Assembly (NCBI RefSeq): GCF_009834535.1
Contig: NC_045705.1
Span: 31,558,001-31,622,000 of the forward strand
DNA: 64,000 bases
Direction of reading: 5' to 3'
Source: Camelus ferus
Lineage: Eukaryota
The position numbers and the translations under genes are program-made. The number at the start of each line of letters is the position of its first letter. Within the stretch, counting starts at the first letter, position 1. Below the pieces are notes generated by a model that saw only the letters and a list, made by a program, of their open reading frames with translations, was not told the DNA's origin and ran no database searches. Below, one piece after another: positions 12,983-23,770 of the stretch.

Positions 12983-13056
12983 TTTAAATAGGTATTTTTC
13001 AAGTGCAGGGAGGTAGGGAGTCTCTGATCTCTCAACTCCCAGAGGATTAGAATTAG
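12983..13056 (-). promoter_or_regulatory. Putative OR promoter (homeodomain + O/E-like + TATA-like) for the OR4C5-like gene
   Basis: CTAATT/TAATCC at 13044-13056, TCCCAGAGGA at 13037-13046 and TATTTAAA at 12983-12990. Consensus donor CAG|GTGAGT at 12132-12140 downstream. Confidence 0.6.
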
Positions 13057-13179
13057 CAGCTTCAACCAAAATGGTAGCCAAGCCAGGTTATCCTTTCTTT
13101 CTTGTGGCCAAGGCATCTGTGACCAAGGGGGCAGGGGAGAGCCATCTGTGTTGGGTTTGCAGTACCTTTCTGACTGTGT

Positions 13180-13995
13180 ATAAGAAGTGATCTAAGTCAG
13201 ACCGAGAAAGACAAATAATGTGATATCACTTCTATGTGGAATCTAAAAAAATGATACAAATGAACTTAAATTAAAATATGAACATTTCTCTGTATATTAA
13301 CTAGAACCTGTAATTAAAACCTTGCCTCAAAGAAGAACTTAGGCCCTGATAGCTTCTCCAGTGAATTCTACAAAATATTTATGAAAAAAAGAATACTCAT
13401 TGTACAAATTTTTTTCTCAAAGAAGTGAGAGCTAAATAAGCATGATGCTAAAATCTGACAAAGAATTGCAAATGATTTTCATATGAATGTAAATAAAAGA
13501 TCCAAAGTAAATATCAGCAAAGTTAATTCAGCAATGTATAAAAAGGAGTAATATGCCTTATTCAGATTGTGTTTGTTCCAAGAATGCAAGATTATTTTAG
13601 CATTAACAATTTATTCAATATAATATATCACTTTAGTAGAATAAGGGAGAAAACCTGCAGGGTTACCTCAATATATGCAGAAAAACATGATAAAATCAAT
13701 AGCTGTTCATATTAGAACTCTCAGCAAATACTAATAAAACAAATTCTTTGCTGGTAAAGAGTATTTTTGCAGGTAAAGAACTACAAAAGTTCAATAAATT
13801 TCAGTGTATTTCACAGGGAAAATTAAACACTTTCCCCTTCAGATTGGAAACAAGTTAAGAATGCCTACTACAAGCACTACAATTCAATATAATACTGGAG
13901 GTCTTATCCAGTGCATTATGACACGAAAATAAAATGAAAGATATAAAGATTGAAAAAGAAAGTATAAAACTATCATTATTCAGAGATAACATAAT
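13180..13995 (+). mobile_element. LINE-1 fragments (short 3' UTR piece, then decayed ORF2 linker/RT region)
   Basis: cagaccgagaaagacaaataatgtgatatcacttctatgtggaatctaaaaaa; aggccctgatagcttctccagtgaattctac (GPDGFTGEFY-like); caattcaatataatactggaggtcttatccagtgca. Confidence 0.8.
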
Positions 13996-13999
13996 TTTA

Positions 14000-14335
14000 T
14001 GTATATACTCATGGGCTCGGCTGAGCTGAAGAGAGAGTTGAGCTGTCAGATGACAGAGTAGTTAATAAATTAATAAGCCACAAATGAAAATAAAAGTCAA
14101 GCCTTAATCAATGGCTGAGATAATATAATGAAGAGACTAAAACTAGAGTAAGCATCCTGCTCCATTATCCCTCATGGAACATTGCACCAGCCAAGAGTCA
14201 GGTGGACTGGTAGAGATGTGGGAGTCATCTCATTGCTGAGGGAGCCGTGAACAAAAGGTTCTCATGGTTTTATGGACCTGGGGGCAGGGGGAAGAATGAA
14301 GGGGAGAGACTAGTAGGAGTGGATGTAAGATGTAA
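14000..14335 (-). mobile_element. Probable ERV LTR fragment
   Basis: Compositionally distinct block between two L1 pieces. The minus strand reads cccccaggtccataaaaccatgagaacc (LTR U3-like TATA context). Family not identified. Confidence 0.45.
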
Positions 14336-16660
14336 ATCCTACCTTACCAACAATTAAATAAAATATAAGTGGTTTAGCATCTCAATTAAAAGGCAGAGAT
14401 TGGCAGAACAGATAAAAGCATGATCCATATATATTTTGTCTACAAGATTCATACTTCAGATTCAAAGACACAAATAAGTAGAAAGTAAAGTGAAAAAATA
14501 TTTATCATGGAAATCACAACAAAAGGAGAGGTGAAAGAATGGATAATACTAATATAAGAAAAACAGACTTTAAGCCATAAATTGTCACTAGAGAATAAAG
14601 AGGACATTTTATAATAATTAAATAGTCATTTAATCAAGATATAATAATCATAGACATACATGTATCTAATAGGTCCCTAGAGTACATAAATACACATATA
14701 ATACTGACACAATAGTAAGGATGAATAAACAATTCAACAACAAAAGTGGGAGATTTTAAAAACCCACTTTCAATAATAAATAGAAATAGAAAGCAAGTCA
14801 GAAGTTCAACAAGCAAATAGAAGACTTAAACAATACTATAAACCAACTACACTTAACAGATATTCTTAAAGCACCCCATTCAGCAACAGCAGAATAAAAA
14901 TTCTCTAGTAAACATGGATATTCTTCAGGTTAGACCATATGTTAGGCCATAAAACAAGACTCAATAAATTTAAATATCTTCTCTCCCAAAGTATGTTCTC
15001 TGACCACAATGTAATGAAATTGAAAATCATAACAGGAGGAAATTTGGGAAATTCACAAACACGTGGAAATTAAACAACATACTCCTAAATAATCAACTGG
15101 TCAAAGCAGGAATCATAATAAAATTAGAAAATAAATTGAAATAAATAAAAATGAAAACACAACATACTATAACCTATAGGATACATGTAAATCAGTGCTT
15201 AGTGGGAAATTTATAGCTATAAATATTCATATTAGCAGAAGAAGAAAAATTTCTGTTGCATCCAGCACAACAAAGGTTCCTGCTTATGGATGGGGGCCGC
15301 AGAACTTAAGAAACACACAGACAGATAGAGAATCAAAGATGGGACCAGAGGACTCAAGATCTCAAGGATTAAGGGCCCTGAATGGCTGGTTCGCATCGTA
15401 TTTATTATAATAGTGTTGCAGAAAATAACTCTGAGTAATTCAATGCAGTAATAACAATCTACAAAACCCCAATACTCTAAGAATAGCGAAGCAGTATTAA
15501 TCATCTTCATGACTCCATCTGTTCCCCTTGTGAGGGGGCTGATGAACGTCACAGAAACTTCAGTGAGTCCCTTAGGCAAACTGCATTGTGTATATGCTGG
15601 AGCAGTGTTCTGCTCATGCATGGCTGCCTGTTCCAGACCAGCATTGTTTGCCCTTAGGAAACATCTTAGTTTCGGGCCTCACCCCAGGCCACACAAGGAA
15701 ACTTTTTGTATTCTTATTCTCATGGAGACATCATGTTAACTTGTTTTCCCATAGATTTCAAATCAGTAACCTAACTTTCCCCCTAAAGACATTAGGAAAA
15801 AAGGACAAACTAAAACCAAAGGAAACAGGGAGGGAGGAACAAAGTTTAGAGTAGAAACAAATAAATTAGAGAAAAGAGTAGAGAATATAAAAAAGAAAAC
15901 AAAACATAAAATAGGTTCTTTGAAAAAATCACCAAAATGACAAAACTTTAGGTAGTGCAACTAGAAAAAAAGATAGAAGACTCAAATGAGAAATGAGGAG
16001 TGAATGTGGAGGCATTACTACCAAAATCACGAAAATAAAAAAGACATAAGGGGATACCACGAACAGTTGTATGCCAACAATTTATGTACCATAGGTGAAG
16101 TGAACAAATTATTTAAGACACAAACTGCTGAAACATATTTAAGTGGAATAAATGATCAGAATATACTTTTAACAGGTAAAAAGATTGAATTAGTAATTTA
16201 AAAATTCTCACAAAGAAAAATGCTAGCCAGGATGGCTTCACCTGAGAATTTTATCAAACATTTAAAGAAAAATTAACATGAATACACCAATCCTTCACAA
16301 ACCTTTCCAAAAATAAAACAGTAGGGAACACTTCCCAACACTTCCCAATTCTATAAGACCAGTATTGCCCTGATATCAAAACTAGACAAAGATATCAAAG
16401 AAAATAGAACTATAAATACAGTAAAATACTTTATAAATATTTTATATAAACATTAAACTTTGACCAATAAAATATAATTATAACCAATATATCTTGTGAA
16501 TATAGACATAAAGTCTTCAACAAAATACTAGCAAATTGAATTCAGTATCTTATAAAATATATACCAAGTGCAGGTGGGATTTATCCCGGGAACGCAGAGT
16601 TGATTCAATATATGAAAAATCAAGCAGTGTAATAGCAAGTATTGATTGGAAAAAGGACAC
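14336..16660 (+). mobile_element. LINE-1 ORF2 5' half (endonuclease to linker), decayed and interrupted by an LTR
   Basis: ctcaattaaaaggcagagattggcagaa; gaccatatgttaggccataaaacaagactcaataaattt; aagggataccacgaacagttgtatgccaacaa; caaaatactagcaaattgaattc. Confidence 0.9.
15254..15753 (-). mobile_element. 500-bp solo LTR (ERVK/ERV2-like) nested in L1 ORF2
   Basis: Begins TGTTGC and ends cccata (degenerate CA). 6-bp TSD aatttc (15248-15253) / gatttc (15754-15759). Minus-strand AATAAA at ~15400-15405. The L1 sequence resumes seamlessly (gaagaaaa|gatttcaaatcagtaacc). Confidence 0.8.
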
Positions 16661-17422
16661 ACTATTCAGTGATGATAGCTGCTATTATTAGTCCTTTCCA
16701 ATTCTCCATCTACTGCCTAGCCATGCATTTAAATATAATAACTGCTTCAGCTGCTTTAAGTATGTGATTTAAAACAACAATCTCTCTTCTAGGCTGCAGA
16801 GTACTTCAAGATGATAGAACATATTTGGCTTCTCCACTCTCCACTGTCCTGAGGGTAGTATGTGTGAAGAAATTTTGAAGAAATCTGTTTGCCTAGGTAG
16901 ACTTCTTTCACTGAATGGCCAGTGGAAAGCCCAAACTCCTAAAAAAAAAAAAAGTCAATGGGAAGGCATAAAAATATATCTTTTAATATTTCTGCACTGA
17001 AAGTGTTGGCACTAGAATTTTGCCTCTGTTTGGCTTCCAAGTCTAGATATTACTTCCCCTGAAAATTTGGCAAGTCCCAAGATTCCTGTAAGACACAGTG
17101 TGTCCTGATGTGTTTGTAGTACAGTAGAGAGACTGACTCACTATCTCAACCTCCTCTGGTGACCTCAGGCAGTGTGGAAATTTTCTCAGGGGTATGCCAC
17201 CTGGATGGAACCCCTTGGGGTTGTCTACACAGCATTTAGAGTCCTTCATGTCCCAGTTCATGATACCCAAGGGCTTGTTTGAGGAATGCTTTATCACATA
17301 AATGTCCAGACCAGGAATGTAGGCTGTTAATATATTAGTTTGAAGTGCAGGAAAAAGAACCAATGAGGTGGAGATGTGTTCATGGATGAGTTCTCCTAAA
17401 TATCTGCTTCTAGGCAAAATCT

Positions 17423-17481
17423 AAAAAAAAAAAAAAAAAAAAAAAAAGAAAGAAAGAAAAAAAAAAAAGAAAGAAAACAAA
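17423..17481 (+). repeat. Poly-A / (GAAA)n A-rich tract
   Basis: 25 consecutive A (17423-17447) followed by gaaagaaagaaaa...aaacaaa. Confidence 0.95.
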
Positions 17482-17485
17482 CCCA

Positions 17486-17957
17486 GAGATAATTAATTCC
17501 TGGGAGGGCAAATGTCTAGATAGAAAGACAGATCTTTTGACGTTCTCAGTATCCTCTCTAAACACTCAGATTCACTAAGCTGTTTTCTTGTTTCAAGAGC
17601 AGATTGAGAGGCTTATTAAGTAATAGAAACATTTATATCTCTTGTTCTGACACCATAGACCAGGTGTTGAAGATCAGAAGATTCCCATTAATACATAAGG
17701 ATTTGGGGTTTCAAATTCAACATAGCATTCATTTGTTTTTCATTTAACTTAAATTTCCAAGGCATTGGAACTTTAAAAATGCTTGCTGAATCCATTTGAA
17801 TAAATTTGCGTCATCTTGACATATCTGCTTCCTATGGAATTGTCCAGTCAATGGGGACTTAAGCAATACACATGATATGACATTACATGTAATGGTTATT
17901 TCTTGCTCCTGAATACACTGGGCATACTCCTTAACTACAGAGGCAACCACGGTAAGT
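17486..17957 (+). promoter_or_regulatory. Putative promoter and non-coding first exon of the OR4C12-like gene
   Basis: TAATTA (17490-17495) abuts ATTCCTGGGA (17496-17505). Donor ACG|GTAAGT at 17952-17957. Acceptor after a long pyrimidine tract, tttaaAG at 21235-21236. Confidence 0.6.
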
Positions 17958-18894
17958 GAGCTAGAATTGCTGATTTATAAACCAGTTTCTACATTTCCAT
18001 TTTCTTCCAAGGGGTTTATAATTTAAATCATTAAAGCTTTACTTTCTGATATTTTGTGGCAGATTACCTTTAGATATTTTAGGATATTTTGCAGAAACAT
18101 TTGTTCTCCTCACTGTATGTGGATTTAGCTATAGTTTATGAAGAAGAGGTTTACAATTTATGCATTCCTAAGTCAGCATGGGATTGAAGACAAAGCATTT
18201 GGACTCTATATTTTGAAGGAAATCATCAGCTCACAAAATTTAGATCCAAAAGGAGAATATATTAAAATAAAGCATTTGTGATGAAAGAAAGTACCCTTTG
18301 CTGTGGTTGGGAACATATATTAAACTCTAAGCTCATGGGCATTTTAAATTCTGATTATATTCAAGCTTTTCTAGATCTTGTTCTAACCAGGCAAGACCTT
18401 ATTTCTGCTGCAATGCATGTGGTCTTAGCAATATGATCCTTTTTCTTAGAGAATCAAGACAGGAATTTTTGAAGATAAGATATAAATGTTAATTCCCTTT
18501 GTCACCGTATGGCGATTTTCCCCTTGTATACACTCACCTTAAGGCAGCTTAAGGAAGGTAAGATATAGTTGTGGGGGGAAAAATCACTGTGTTGGGCATT
18601 AGAAGACTTGGATTCTTATCGACTACTAATTAATTAGTTGTGCTTCCTCTCTGGGCTTCAGTTTCCTCATCTTTAAAGAGCATATGAGTTGATATAATTC
18701 AGGGTGCTGGAAGAATTGTAGTGTACAAAAATTCTGGGTCTGTCAAATAGACCCTTCTATTCATTAAATCTGACTTTACACTTCATAGGTTAGCAAAATA
18801 ACTGCCACTAATTATATACGGTCCTAGGTGGTAGCTTTGTCCAAACTCTGACATTGTTGATTCCCAGAAGTAAACTGGATCTGTACTGGAGAAG

Positions 18895-19150
18895 TATTAA
18901 ATTATAAAGAGCTAGAGACAGACTTCCTGATTTTGAATACAAGCTCCTCTATTGTTTATTTTTTTTATCATGACTTGGGCAAGTCATTTACCTTCTTCTA
19001 ACCACATTCTCCTTTCCTTTAAAATATAGATAATAGTGTACCAACCTAGTAGGATTGTTGTGAAGATGTTGTAAATGAAATAATGCGTATAAAGTACTTA
19101 GTATGGTGCCTAGAACATAGCAAAACTCAACAAAAATTAATGATAATTAT
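18895..19150 (+). mobile_element. MIR SINE
   Basis: gctagagacagacttcctgattttgaatacaagctcc...tgacttgggcaagtcatttacc...taatagtgtaccaacctagtaggattgttgtgaagat. A second MIR piece lies at ~18580-18680. Confidence 0.75.
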
Positions 19151-21280
19151 AGGAACTACATAGAAAAAAATTAATCCCTGCATTCTATTAAGACTGAGAA
19201 AAAGCAGATTTATAGCAAAAGTTTGTATTTCATAATGTTTGAGTGTATGGAATTTAAATAAGTAACAAAGGTATCTCTGCTTGGGAAGAAGTTTGTCTGC
19301 TTAAGTTCTTGCCTCTCAGTTGCAGTCTGAGTGCCTTTTTATGGAAGATCAGGATTATTTTGTGAGATTAACACTTTACTCCATTTCACATTTCTCCAAA
19401 AATATGGATATTAGAGGATTTGAGTATTAATAAACATGAACTAGGTTTAGAACAGAGAAAGAAAATGATCCTGTTTTTGAGCTTGCCAATTAACAGAGAA
19501 TATCAAAGACATCTATAAGAGAACTCTTTTAAAAATATATTCTAATTACTTCAAGGTTTGCAAGAAATTGAAGTAATAAATGACATAATGAGGACGAGTG
19601 AGTCAAGTTTGGGGTTTTCTGTCTGATTTTGATCATGAAATCCACCCTTTGGTACAGATTTCAGGAAACTATAAAAATATATTATTTGGTTGTTGGTTCT
19701 CCCAAGGGCCATCTCCTCTAGAGAAGAGTTGGCAATTAGAAGTGCACTCAACTTCCTTCTCAAGTGCTCTTGTTGTTGGAAGGATTCTCTGATGCATTAG
19801 GCTATCCAGAAGGGAGAGCATTATCCTGAAGCTTGGAACTCTAAAGCTAGTCTCTCAATGAAGCCTTTGTGGGATCATCTTGAGGAGGTTTCCTTTCCAT
19901 GTGCCTCATTATATACCTTGTCCACATGTAACAGGGATAATTCAGTTTACCTTTCACTATATTTTTTTTTTTAAAAGAATACATCAAGATAAAGAGAATA
20001 AAAAAAAAAATAAAGCAAATAATAGAATCTGAAGTCTAGGCAAAAGTGAAAATTAGTAATGACAAAACTTAGTGTTATATACTATCTTAAAGTTTAATTG
20101 AGTAATATGTGTATTTCTCATTAAGTAAATGGAAAGAGATTTTGCATTGAAATGATCTGGTTGATTATCAGACATGACTTATTGATTATCAATCAATGGT
20201 ATAAGTTAAGATCAGATATCAATAATTTTGGTTGGCAGACTAAAGATGCGGTTTAGCATGATTAATAAATGATCCATGGGGAAGTCAGGGCAGACTCACC
20301 TTCTACTCTGATCTTCTCAAAGCCCAGTCAGGTCCTCATGCTGTGTCCATTTGGTGAACTGATAACAGCTCAGTATGTTAGAACAGCTACTTCAATTACA
20401 TTCAGATACTATTTCTTGGAGTCTCATGATGTGCCAATGTACAATTTCATATGTTTGTTTTCCCATAAATATGCCAATCAATTAAAAAATTCAGTTTCAA
20501 CTTCAGGACTCTAAGACAAAACATGGAAATTGTTTTTATTTTCCAATCATAAAATTAGTAATGTAAAATATAGAAATTTGGAAAATACTAAAAACCATTA
20601 GGAAATAAAATATCAACCATAATCTCACATTTAGGTGTAAATGTCCTCAGTGTATTAAATTATTTCCTCATCAACTTTTCTATATACATGTTTTTAGCAT
20701 AGATTATAAAAACCTATATAAAATTTTATAAGTGAAATATTTGAATTTGAATATTATTTTAAAAATGTATAAAACCTATAATCTTTAAATACTAACTCAG
20801 TAAGTATCATTCACTAACTTTTAATCTATATTTACATGATTATAATTCATGTAAACAGATTATTTGTGTTTTTTAAAGTTCATAAATTTTTAAGTCTTGT
20901 TGGTCTCCAAATTACTTCTAATGACAAAATTATTCCATTACATTGCTGTGTCAGTGAAGTTTTGCAGACTACCATAGGCAAGGAAATTGAATTCTTTCTT
21001 CTGGTTATCCTATGTCTTATAAAAATAGTTTTGAGGGCAGAATAATAAATGACTAAGTCAACTAATGGAAGCTTTAAGTTACCTATTCTCAGAGAGTTTT
21101 GGGAAAGAAGGAATCATCTGTGAGATTGTCAGAGTACTCTTAAAAAGCAGAGTTTTGATGCATTTCATTCTTATATGGTTCTTTTTTCCCCCTTTCCCCC
21201 TTTTTTTCTTTTCTCTCTCTCTTTTTTTTTTTAAAGGTAAAACATTCATTCCTGGAGTTTTTATCATCCACACCACATAG

Positions 21281-22210
21281 ATGGAGAAGGAAAGGAATGT
21301 GACTGAATTCATTTTAATAGGTCTTACACAGAACCCCCAAATGCAAAAAGCAGTGTCTGCGGTGTTTCTGGTTTTGTACATGGTAACCCTCTCAGGCAAC
21401 CTGCTCATTGTGGTTACCATTACCACCAGCCAGACTCTGAACTCCCCCATGTACTTCTTCCTGACCCACCTTTCCTTGATAGACACAATTTATTCTTCTT
21501 CTTCAGCACCTAAGCTGATTGTAGACTCCCTTCACGAGAAGAAAATTGTCTCCTTTAATGGGTGTATGGCTCAAGTCTATGCAGAACACATTTTTGGTGC
21601 CACTGAGATCATCCTGCTGACGATAATGGCCTATGACCGCTACGTGGCCATCTGCCGACCTCTGCACTATACAGCCATCATGAGCCACAGGCTGTGCGTT
21701 CTCCTGCTGGGAGTGGCCTGGACTGGAGAATTTCTCCATGCGACCATTCAGATCCTCTTTACAGTCTGGCTGCCCTTCTGTGGCCCCAATGTCATAGATC
21801 ACTTCATGTGTGACTTGTACCCTCTGTTGAAACTTGTCTGCATGGACACTCATACGCTTGGTCTCTTTGTTGCAGCCAACAGTGGGCTCATCTGCCTGTT
21901 AAACTTCCTCCTCTTGTTGATCTCCTATGTTGTCATCCTGCTCTCCCTAAACAGCTACAGCGTGGAGGGGAGGCGCAAAGCCGTCTCCACCTGTGTCTCC
22001 CACATCATAGTAGTGGTCTTATCCTTTGTGCCCTGCGTATTTGTGTATCTGCGCCCAGTGACCACTCTGCCCGTTGATAAAGCTGTTGCTGTCTTTTATA
22101 CTCTGGTGGCCCCTATGTTAAATCCTTTAATCTATACCCTCAGAAATGCTGAGGTAAAAAACGCTATAAGGAAACTCTGGAGGAAGAGAGTGACTTCAGA
22201 TAGTGATTAA
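21281..22210 (+). CDS. OR4C12: Olfactory receptor OR4C12-like, 309 aa, intact ORF
   Basis: [65 protein letters not shown]. The C-terminus [14 protein letters not shown] matches human OR4C12 (IRKLWRKKVTSDND) as recalled. Confidence 0.95.
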   Translation: MEKERNVTEFILIGLTQNPQMQKAVSAVFLVLYMVTLSGNLLIVVTITTSQTLNSPMYFFLTHLSLIDTIYSSSSAPKLIVDSLHEKKIVSFNGCMAQVYAEHIFGATEIILLTIMAYDRYVAICRPLHYTAIMSHRLCVLLLGVAWTGEFLHATIQILFTVWLPFCGPNVIDHFMCDLYPLLKLVCMDTHTLGLFVAANSGLICLLNFLLLLISYVVILLSLNSYSVEGRRKAVSTCVSHIIVVVLSFVPCVFVYLRPVTTLPVDKAVAVFYTLVAPMLNPLIYTLRNAEVKNAIRKLWRKRVTSDSD

Positions 22211-22415
22211 ACAGAATCACTGAGCATTACAGACAGAAGTAATGGAGGTAAACTTGTCCAAGCCTCTTGATCTATAGATGAAGATGTTAATTCTAACAAG
22301 AGAATGAATAATACTTGCAGGTAGCCACTTAAGCACAGATCTAAATCTTGGACTGGAATCCAGACTTACTGTCTTCCATCCCACAATCTTGTCATCAAAT
22401 ATAAATACTTCTTAA

Positions 22416-22679
22416 AACAAACTCATAGTTATTGGGGGAAAGGGATAAATTGAGAGTTCAAGAATTGCAGATACTAACTACTATATATAATATAGATATA
22501 CAAGTTTCTACTGTGTAGCAGAGGGAAATATATTCCATATCTTATAGTATCCTGCAATGAAAAAAGAATATGAAAAGGAATATATGTATGTTTATGGATG
22601 ACTGACATATTATGCTATACACTAGAAATTGACACAATATTGTAAACTGACTATACTTCAATAAAAATAAACAATTAAA
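22416..22679 (+). mobile_element. 5'-truncated camelid/artiodactyl-type L1 3' end with TSD
   Basis: gcagatactaactactatatataa...gaaattgacacaatattgtaaactgactatacttcaataaaaa. TSD acttcttaa at 22407-22415 and 22680-22688. Confidence 0.85.
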
Positions 22680-22959
22680 ACTTCTTAATAAATGAATATC
22701 TATTACTGGGAAATTTGAAATCAGAAGCTAAAAAGTATGAATCTAGAATATTGGATTGATATTAAAATTGTCTTATGTAACATTTATACTGATTATTGAA
22801 AATAACATGTTTAATGGTTTTCTTTTTTACTTTGAATTCTGCTTCAATATAAATTCTTTTGTGAATTTCCTTGTTCATTAAATCTTGGTTGTACAGTGAA
22901 AAGAGATACTATTTATGAAATGCCTATAAGACTGGCATTGCATTAGGTATTTTCCATAT

Positions 22960-23770
22960 TGTATAGATCGGGATCCAGCCAGGAGACAGACCACAGAATA
23001 ATTTGAACAGAAAAACTTCACATAAGATTATTAATTATATTGGGAAATTAACTATAAAAAGGGGTCATGAGCACTCTAAAGGCGGCCCTGGGGCAGAGTG
23101 ATGAACATCCATGGGAGGAGCACATTTAGATGTGGGCATCCTCCCCAAGGCTGGAATTCCAATCTTTTGGATAGGGTGTAGTTGTGTGCATTGAAAGGTA
23201 AAGAAGTTTACTGGGTTGCTTTGAGCCAGAGCTTGTTCATGGTGGCTAGACAGAGGCTGGTAAGCATTAAAGGTCTCTGGGACTGGCAAGATGGGAGTCT
23301 CCCACTGGAGTGCTGGTTGGCTCAGGCTCATGAAAAGGAACTGCGGCCCTGAAAAACCCCTCTTGGGTGCCCATGGAGCAAGGCTGGCAGAAAACACCCC
23401 TCTATGGTGCAGATAGACCTGTGAAATTCACTGGGATCTTCCTGCAAAGGTGCCACTGAAACTCAATGGGAAACTGTCCATGGAGGTGTCAGTGAAACTC
23501 AGTGGCAGTAAACACCAGTAGATGTCTCCCTTCTCCACCCTCCACAGCATACACAACGTTGGAAGCTACACAGGCAGAGCAAGACAAAAAGATAAGCACA
23601 TTTAAAGCTGAAAGAGATGCCTCTTTTCAATGCCCCCTACTGACAAAGTCTAACATCGTTAGGCAAAGCACAGGGGAGGAATGCTTACAGGGTCTATTTT
23701 CATTAATATGGAGCAGGCAATAAAGGGTTTATTTGCACCTGAGAGACAATTAATTGATAACTGGCATACA
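22960..23770 (-). mobile_element. ERVL-type solo LTR (LTR41/LTR33-like, subfamily uncertain)
   Basis: TG...CA ends. The minus strand starts tgtatgccagttatcaattaattgtctctcaggtgcaaataaaccctttattgcctgctcc. GC-richer than its flanks. Confidence 0.65.

Noticed and set aside
15195-15854. Several overlapping ORFs of 70-129 aa
   Set aside because: They lie within the solo LTR and L1 junctions and show no gag/pol/env motifs.
17043-17417. 124-aa minus-strand ORF
   Set aside because: No ATG at the track start, no recognisable domain, and it ends next to a poly-A tract. Most likely a chance ORF.
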